Origin: Gammaproteobacteria bacterium
GTDB taxonomy: Bacteria; Pseudomonadota; Gammaproteobacteria; Burkholderiales; Gallionellaceae
Direction of reading: 5' to 3'
DNA: 64,000 bases
Assembly (NCBI GenBank): GCA_018813765.1
Contig: JAHJBC010000010.1
Coordinates: 67,096-131,095, forward strand
Below are positions 57,667 through 64,000 of this stretch, in pieces. The position numbers and the translations under genes are program-made. The stretch's first letter is position 1; every line of letters begins with the position of its first letter. The notes beneath the pieces are model-generated. The model did no database searches. It was not told the origin of the DNA and worked only from the letters and a program-made list of their open reading frames with translations.

Positions 57667-59154
57667 CTAGTTCAACTCGTGGCGCAGGTATCTGGAGAAT
57701 TTTTCGCGCCAGCGCTTGATCACGTTGATGCCCAGCACGTCCATGACCATTTCCTGCGAGATCGGATTCCACCCGGTCGTGCCCTGGAACCGATCCGCAA
57801 ACACGGGCGTGCCGTTCTCCAGCAGGAACGTGGTCATCCCGCCCTCGAACTGGTATTCGCGACCGCGACCCTGCGGGTCCCGGTCCGCGCGGTTGCGCAT
57901 CTTGCCCAGCGCCACCACACCCAGCACCAGCTTGCCCGGTTCGCCCAGGCTGTGCGGAATCTCGCCGCCCTGCAATGCCTTCAGTTGTGCCGCCGAGAGC
58001 GCTTTCGTCCTGACTTCGACATCCGCGCCCAGCGGGCGGATGACATTGTTCAGGCTGTCGCACGCCTTGTTCCATGCGCCGCGCTCGGTGCCGGAATTGA
58101 AATAACATACAAGCGTGGTGGCGCGACCCTCGAAAAACTGGCGCCACAATGTCTTTTCCATTTCCTCGGCCGAACAGACCAGCGTCTCGGCTTTTTTCCT
58201 GGCGATCTCGCGCCGGTCGTTGAGCTGTTTCGAATCCGCAGCCTGCTGAAAATAGCTCTTGGCGCCGCAAGCGCTATTCCTCAATTCTTCAACCTCGCCC
58301 AGTTTGAACAGGATATCCCCGGGCTCGAATACCGGCGGCAAGCCGCCGCCATGCTTCGCCAGCAAACCCTTGTAGGCACCGGCCGCGGCGGCAAGCGACC
58401 GGGATCTTTCGAGCTCGGCGGTTTGCCCCGAGGCCTGGTTGACCTGCAAGTCAGCCGCCGCCAACGCAGCCTTGGCCTGGTCCAGATCGTCGCGCGTCTG
58501 CTGCAGATCGCGTTTGAAGCCGTTCAACAACCGGGCATAGTGCTCCGGCGAACTGGCCTCGGGAATGAATTCCAGCGCAATGCGCGGCAACAGTTCCAGC
58601 GCGGCATCCACCGCGGACAAACGGCCATTCAGGGGTGCGCCTTCATTCTGCACTACCGCCAATTGCTCGTTCAGCACGCCGAACAGCGTTTTTGCCAGGC
58701 CTTCGCGCTTGCCCTGCTCCACATGTTTTTTGGAAACTCTGGCGCGCAGCCAGATCACGCAGGTATCGGGGTCTTCCCAGGTTGCGACGGATTCGACGTT
58801 GCGCAACGATGCATTCGTCGATGTTTTGGTGATGGATTGCAGACTGGAATCGGTGAGTTCCGTCCCGGCAACGTTGCGGCTCGACTGCTCCAGCACCAGG
58901 GAATTCTTGACGGAAACCTCAATCATCTCGGAAAGGTTTTTCAGCGCATTCTGCTTGGCCGTCGCAATGCGCTCAGACAAGGATGCCTGCGGATCGTCCG
59001 ATACGCCCGCGGCAAGAAAATATTCCTCAGTAACGGATTCCGGGCTATCCACCCAGTCGGGCCGGGGGCCGCCCCCGGAACATTGCGCGGCGAATGCCGT
59101 CGTGGAGAGCCACATCCCGGCGAAGGCGGCAAGCAATGCAGCGCGAAGCATCAT
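57667..59154 (-). CDS. large secreted protein with N-terminal LPP20-like domain
   Basis: Start at the MM codons (59154) gives 495 aa with a signal peptide. N-terminal region PDWVDSPESVTEEYFLAAGVS followed by AKQNALKNLSEMI. Central helical region and an unassigned C-terminal domain. Confidence 0.7.
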   Translation of the reverse strand: MMLRAALLAAFAGMWLSTTAFAAQCSGGGPRPDWVDSPESVTEEYFLAAGVSDDPQASLSERIATAKQNALKNLSEMIEVSVKNSLVLEQSSRNVAGTELTDSSLQSITKTSTNASLRNVESVATWEDPDTCVIWLRARVSKKHVEQGKREGLAKTLFGVLNEQLAVVQNEGAPLNGRLSAVDAALELLPRIALEFIPEASSPEHYARLLNGFKRDLQQTRDDLDQAKAALAAADLQVNQASGQTAELERSRSLAAAAGAYKGLLAKHGGGLPPVFEPGDILFKLGEVEELRNSACGAKSYFQQAADSKQLNDRREIARKKAETLVCSAEEMEKTLWRQFFEGRATTLVCYFNSGTERGAWNKACDSLNNVIRPLGADVEVRTKALSAAQLKALQGGEIPHSLGEPGKLVLGVVALGKMRNRADRDPQGRGREYQFEGGMTTFLLENGTPVFADRFQGTTGWNPISQEMVMDVLGINVIKRWREKFSRYLRHELN

Positions 59155-59203
59155 AAGTATCTGTCCATAATGTTCCTGCACATCCGCCCCTTGCGGCGCG
59201 GCA

Positions 59204-60313
59204 TTATTCGCGCGCAATCTGATAATACAGGTGGCGCGAGCCTTCGGAAACCTGCAGATAGTCGTTGCCGCCGGAACGCAGATGCGTCAGCAGCGGTTTG
59301 TCGAACGAATCTTCAAAGTACACCCTGCCGAGCTCCACGCCGCGCTCCGTATCGGCGAAGATCAGATGGCTTTGCGAAACGGCGGCAACGTAGCGCCATG
59401 TTTGCAGGAACCTGCAATCCGTGATTTTCGATCCACCCTTTTGGTAACGCTGATCCTTGATCGAGACGTCGAAATGCTCGACTTCGTTTCCGGCATCCAG
59501 GTCCACGATGTGCAACCGGGAAGCATAGGTGCGCGTCGGCCTGCCGAAGGCGAACGTCGTATTCATGATATAGGTGCCGATGGCACCCATGCGGCCGTCG
59601 GTGGAAGCCCTGACACAGGTGGGTTCTTCGGAGATCGAGTCGTCCGACTGCAATTTCGCGTATTTCACTATTTCGTCATCTGCAGCAAGCAACGGCGGCG
59701 GCACAACCTCGACCGCATCGGCGGCCAGTTCGGCAACGTTTTTCAGCGAGAATTTGACCAGTCTGGGATTGGTGACATCCATCACTTGCAGGCCGAATTT
59801 TTCCGCCGCAATATCGACCGCGCGCTGGATCGCGTTATTCACCGCGGCCGACTCCGTCAGGCCGTCGGATGGCGGCATGCCCTTGGTACCCATGGGCGCA
59901 GAAGCCGACGATTTTATTTTGGCGTCCTCGCCGATGAAGCGGATATCGGCGACCGCAGTGGCTGTGAAGATGGAAGACAGCCCGCTGGTTTTGCCCACGC
60001 CCAGATACACTCTATATATTCCGGATATCTGGAAGCGCCCGGCATTTTCAACAAAATCTTCGGCCGTAATCAGTGCGCCAGGATCGCCCAAACGGGCCCA
60101 GGATTTCTTGAGTTCTTCGGCTTTTTTCTGATCGAGGACGATCACGCCGTTGTCGCTGAGCAGTTGCTCCATTCGCGTCTGTGCAACGCGCAAATACAGT
60201 TTGGCGGCGGCATTCTGCCCGTAAACGACGATTGCGACTTTCTCCTGCTCGGCACTCGCCGGCAACACGCCAAAACACAACGCCAGAATCACTGCACGGA
60301 TTAGCAATTTCAT
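59204..60313 (-). CDS. secreted protein of unknown function (two domains)
   Basis: 369 aa. Signal peptide MKLLIRAVILALCFGVLPASA. No recognisable motif. Confidence 0.7.
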   Translation of the reverse strand: MKLLIRAVILALCFGVLPASAEQEKVAIVVYGQNAAAKLYLRVAQTRMEQLLSDNGVIVLDQKKAEELKKSWARLGDPGALITAEDFVENAGRFQISGIYRVYLGVGKTSGLSSIFTATAVADIRFIGEDAKIKSSASAPMGTKGMPPSDGLTESAAVNNAIQRAVDIAAEKFGLQVMDVTNPRLVKFSLKNVAELAADAVEVVPPPLLAADDEIVKYAKLQSDDSISEEPTCVRASTDGRMGAIGTYIMNTTFAFGRPTRTYASRLHIVDLDAGNEVEHFDVSIKDQRYQKGGSKITDCRFLQTWRYVAAVSQSHLIFADTERGVELGRVYFEDSFDKPLLTHLRSGGNDYLQVSEGSRHLYYQIARE

Positions 60314-60340
60314 TTGGAACCGTTCCGGGAAATGCCCGAT

Positions 60341-60367
60341 AAAAAAACAGGCCGCAAATGCGGCCTG
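60341..60367 (-). terminator. rho-independent terminator after the small OMP gene
   Basis: The minus strand reads caggccgc-attt-gcggcctg followed by T7. It ends only 27 nt upstream of the next start codon. Confidence 0.8.
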
Positions 60368-60379
60368 TTGTTGCCCGGA

Positions 60380-60931
60380 TTAGTATCTGGCAGTCAGGCC
60401 GAAAAGCACCCTGGTACCAGTCTGGTTCAGATCGACACTGTCACCAGTCATGTAGTTCGCAAAGCCCTGCAACGACACATCGCCGGAGACCTCTTCAGTG
60501 ATGAAGTAAGACACCCCGCCCCCGCCAACCACACCAGCGCCGTTAAAAGTAGTACCGGCGGAGTCCACTGTGACAATGCTCAGTCCGCCATTCACAAACG
60601 GTACCCATTGCGATTTTGCCGCTTCGCCGAAGTAGTACTTCACGCCCACGCCCAGCCCGGTACCCAGCGACTCGGTGCCGCCCGATTCGCTGCCGAACAT
60701 GGACAGATTCACGCGCCCGACCAGCTTGGAGGTGAAGTAGCGACCAACATCAACGTTGATGTACGTATTGGTCGAATCCGAGGATGAAGTGCCCGCCCCG
60801 GTATCGAATTCGCTCGTCGAATTCTCAACATTCCCCGCAACAGATATTTCCCACATACCAGCTTCGGCCATTGCATATGGGGCGGCCAGCATGGATGCCG
60901 CGATGATTGCCAAACGAATTGTGTTCTTCAT
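60380..60931 (-). CDS. small outer-membrane beta-barrel protein (OmpX/OmpW-size)
   Basis: 183 aa with a signal peptide. Alternating strands and a C-terminal FGLTARY. Confidence 0.82.
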   Translation of the reverse strand: MKNTIRLAIIAASMLAAPYAMAEAGMWEISVAGNVENSTSEFDTGAGTSSSDSTNTYINVDVGRYFTSKLVGRVNLSMFGSESGGTESLGTGLGVGVKYYFGEAAKSQWVPFVNGGLSIVTVDSAGTTFNGAGVVGGGGVSYFITEEVSGDVSLQGFANYMTGDSVDLNQTGTRVLFGLTARY

Positions 60932-61216
60932 TTTTTACTCCGCCTTAGGTAAGTTAGTCACAAAGCTCCACGGGCATCAGACACAAAAATTTCCCGCTGC
61001 CATTTTTATCGTACACCAATATTTGCGGGTTTTTTCTACGTAACAATACCTAGCGATTGCGCTATCCAGCCTGTCACGTACGCTCCGGATCGAATGAAAT
61101 TTTGGTGTCGAGATAACAAGACGGCAACCCGAAAACCCTGCGCCTTGCATGCCCTCCGCGCGAGATGGCGGCGATGCCGCAGAATCGCGGCGTAACGCTG
61201 ACAGCTACGCGGCTCC

Positions 61217-64000
61217 TCAGCGTTTCCTGAGCCAGTCGAGAAATTCGCCCGCCGGCATGGGATGGGCGATGCCGTAGCCCTGGCCATAGTTGCAGCCCAT
61301 TTCTGCCAGCATCTGCGCGAGCCTTTCGTCCTCCAGTCCTTCCGCCACGGTCTTGCGTCCGAAGGACTTGGCCAGCGCGATCACCCCCTGCACGATGGCG
61401 CGGTCGCCTTCGTCCAGCAGCATGCCGCGCACGAAGCTCTGGTCGATCTTGAGCGTGTCGGCGGCAAGCCGACGCAGATAGGACAGCGAGGAATAGCCGG
61501 TGCCGAAATCGTCCAGCGCGAAGCTGACGCCCAGCTTGCGGCAGGCTTCGATGACTTCGGCGGTCTGGCCGATATCCTCCAGTGCCGCCGTTTCCAGCAC
61601 CTCGATCTGCAGGCTGCCGCGCGGCAACCGGCTATGGCGTGACAGCTTGTCCTGCAGCACGGCGACAAAGTCGGGGGTTTGCAGATGATGCGCCGAGATG
61701 TTGATGCTGATCTCCAGCGCCATCCCGGCGTTCCGCCAGGCATGCAGTTGCGCCAGCGCCGTATCCATCACCCAGTTGCCCAGTCCGACCTCCAGCTCCG
61801 AATTCTCCACGTCGGGCAGGAATTCCCCCGGCAGCAGCAAGCCGCGCTCGGGATGATGCCAGCGGATCAGCGCCTCGACCCCGACGATGTCGCCGGAGGC
61901 GAATTCCAGCAGGGGCTGGTAATACAGTTCGAATTCGCCCGCGCGCAACCCCTGCAGGATGCGCTTCCTCGATTCGTGCATGGAACGCACGCGCTGATCG
62001 TGCACCGGGTCGTACAGGTGATAGCGGTTCTTGCCCGACTGCTTGGCGGCATACATCGCCTGGTCGGCATGGCGCAGCAAGGTGTCGCCGTCCTCCTCGT
62101 CGGAGGGATAGAAGGTCACGCCGATGCTGGCCGAAACGGTCAACTGATGGCCGTCGATCTGGATCGGCATGGCGATGGTCTGCACCATGCGTTCCAGCAC
62201 CTGCAGACACTCGACCTCCTGCGCCAGATCGTTGAACAGCACGACGAACTCGTCGCCGCCCAGACGCGCCAGCGTGTCGCCCGCACGCAGCACTTCCTGC
62301 AGGCGGCGCGTGATGGCGACCAGCAGCAGGTCGCCGGTCTCGTGGCCGTACTGGTCGTTGACGTTCTTGAAACCGTCGAGGTCGATATAGCAGACCGCCA
62401 GCATGCTGCCGTTGCGCTGTGCATGCACGATGGCCTGGCCCATGCGGTCGCCGAGCAGCCTGCGGTTGGGCACGCCGGTGAGCGCATCGTAGTTGGCGAC
62501 ATGGCTCAGCTCGGCCTCGTGATCCTTGAAATAGGTGATGTCGGAGAACACACCGACATAGCGCTGCACCCGGCCGCCCTCGTCGCAGATGGCGGAGACC
62601 GACAGCAGTTCCGCGTAGATCTCGCCGCTCTTGCGCCGGTTCCAGATCTCGCCGCGCCACGCCCTGTCCTGCTTCAGCACCGCCCACATCGACTGATAGA
62701 AAGCCTGGTCCTGGCGGCCCGAGCTGAGCAGTCTCGGGTTCCGGCCCAGCACTTCGGCGCGGCTGTAGCCGGTGATGCGCGAAAATGCCGGGTTGACGTC
62801 GATGATGTCATTGTCGGCGTCGGTAATGACGATGGCTTCGCGGCTGCTGTCGAACACGCTCGCGGTGATGCGCAGCGCCTCTTCCGCCTTGCGCCGGTCG
62901 GTGACGTCGTACTGAATGCCGTCCCACAGGATGTCGCCGTTCTCCAGCAGGGTGGGCTGCGACTCGATATGCAGCCAGCGCACTTCGCCGTTCCTGCGCA
63001 CGATCCGCCCTTCCCACTCGAAGCGGCGCAAATTGCGGCGCGCCTCGTCGTTGAGGCGGGCGTAACGCTCCAGTTCATCCAGATGGATGCGGGCAAGCGC
63101 GACCCCGTGGTCGCGCATGACCTCGGCCTCGGTCACATCGAGCAGTTCGCACCAGCGCGGACTGACATAGTCGTACGCGATGCCGCCGTCTGCGCGCATG
63201 CGGTATTTGTACACTCCCACCGGGATGCGCTGCACCAGCCCGCTGTAATCGGCCAGGCTGCGCTTCAGGGCGGCATCGGCGCGCACGCGCTCGCTGATGT
63301 CGCGACCGATTCCCAGCGCCCCGACGACTGCCCCGTTTTCGTCGCGCTCGGGGACGAAGATGACATGGTGCCAATGCGGGGTGCCGTCCGGATGCAGGAT
63401 CTCGAATTCCACCTCCACCCGCTTGCCGCTGTCCATGACCTGCTCGACCAAGTGCTGCAGACCGAGTATCTGCTCCGAGTTTGGATCGGATTCGTACGGC
63501 CGTTTGCCCACTTTTGGCAACAGCTCAGGCGCGATGGTGCGTGCCATCGCCGGGTTCATGTAGCGCACGCGGCATTCGCGGTCGTAACGGATGATGTTGT
63601 CCGGCAGGTTCTCGGCCAGTGCGCGGAACTCCTGCTCGCTCGCGGCCAGAGCGCGCTTGGCACGCTCACGCTCGTTGATGTCGCGGCCGATGGCCAGCGC
63701 ACCGACGATATCGCCGCCCAGGTCGCGCAGGGCGACAAAGACGATGTGGTGGATATGCATCCCGCCGTCCGGATGCGGCACCGGGATCTCCAGCTCGGAC
63801 GACTCGCCGCTCGCGATGGATCTTTCGAGCATCTGCTGGTAAACCGCCGCCTCCCTGACGTCCGGAAACGATTCGACAGGCGTTTTGCCGAGTTCCGGCT
63901 GCGCTTGCACCGCGATATTCCGCGCCAGTGCCGGATTCATATAACTCGCCCTGCATTCCCGGTCGTAACGGATCAGAGTGTCCGGCAGGTTCTCCGCCAG
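61217..64000 (-). CDS. multi-PAS GGDEF-EAL protein (5' end beyond right edge)
   Basis: The frame stays open to position 64000 (LAENLPDTLIRYDRECRASYMNPALARNI...). Motifs GGDEF (ARLGGDEFVVLF) and EAL (GVEALIRW). Confidence 0.92.
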   Translation of the reverse strand: MAENLPDTLIRYDRECRASYMNPALARNIAVQAQPELGKTPVESFPDVREAAVYQQMLERSIASGESSELEIPVPHPDGGMHIHHIVFVALRDLGGDIVGALAIGRDINERERAKRALAASEQEFRALAENLPDNIIRYDRECRVRYMNPAMARTIAPELLPKVGKRPYESDPNSEQILGLQHLVEQVMDSGKRVEVEFEILHPDGTPHWHHVIFVPERDENGAVVGALGIGRDISERVRADAALKRSLADYSGLVQRIPVGVYKYRMRADGGIAYDYVSPRWCELLDVTEAEVMRDHGVALARIHLDELERYARLNDEARRNLRRFEWEGRIVRRNGEVRWLHIESQPTLLENGDILWDGIQYDVTDRRKAEEALRITASVFDSSREAIVITDADNDIIDVNPAFSRITGYSRAEVLGRNPRLLSSGRQDQAFYQSMWAVLKQDRAWRGEIWNRRKSGEIYAELLSVSAICDEGGRVQRYVGVFSDITYFKDHEAELSHVANYDALTGVPNRRLLGDRMGQAIVHAQRNGSMLAVCYIDLDGFKNVNDQYGHETGDLLLVAITRRLQEVLRAGDTLARLGGDEFVVLFNDLAQEVECLQVLERMVQTIAMPIQIDGHQLTVSASIGVTFYPSDEEDGDTLLRHADQAMYAAKQSGKNRYHLYDPVHDQRVRSMHESRKRILQGLRAGEFELYYQPLLEFASGDIVGVEALIRWHHPERGLLLPGEFLPDVENSELEVGLGNWVMDTALAQLHAWRNAGMALEISINISAHHLQTPDFVAVLQDKLSRHSRLPRGSLQIEVLETAALEDIGQTAEVIEACRKLGVSFALDDFGTGYSSLSYLRRLAADTLKIDQSFVRGMLLDEGDRAIVQGVIALAKSFGRKTVAEGLEDERLAQMLAEMGCNYGQGYGIAHPMPAGEFLDWLRKR

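Overview
GC-rich, gene-dense proteobacterial chromosome segment. The gene order looks betaproteobacterial, but that is inferred and was not searched. Nearly every long antisense ORF in the track is a high-GC shadow of a real gene. Left third (1-20 kb): a ferredoxin/FAD oxidoreductase, a two-component system with a cytochrome b561 / dihaem c / DUF1924-like c trio, tRNA-Thr and tRNA-Lys. These are followed by one long co-directional minus-strand array, yebC-ruvC-(MenA/UbiA-like prenyltransferase)-ruvA-ruvB-ybgC-tolQRAB-pal-cpoB-queE-queC. After that come a small cytochrome c, a periplasmic EF-hand protein, an RNB ribonuclease and a TonB-like protein. Middle (20-45 kb): a signalling island (GAF-PAS-HD-GYP, stand-alone PAS, MCP, FixL/FixJ-like pair) and a metal-uptake locus (Cys/His-containing small protein, beta-barrel, ZnuA-like, ZnuB-like, no ATPase). 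It also holds a complete type II secretion cluster gspC-D-E-F-G-H-I-J-K-L-M-N. That cluster is interrupted by a low-GC foreign ORF and by a PhoX-like lipoprotein gene. Right third (45-64 kb): a spermidine-synthase-like gene and vapBC. Next is a six-gene group-4-hydrogenase-like (Ehr-type) membrane complex whose large subunit has no [NiFe] cysteine ligands. Then come a cluster of secreted/lipoproteins of unknown function (LPP20-like x2-3, FecR-domain, transglutaminase-like, 8-strand-type OMP) and a multi-PAS GGDEF-EAL protein that runs off the right edge. At least four families of hairpin/TIR repeats (MITE/REP-like) are scattered through the accessory operons. Three lie in-frame in the leader-coding 5' ends of pseudopilin genes, and two lie between Ehr subunit genes. 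No CRISPR array, rRNA, transposase or integrase gene was seen.
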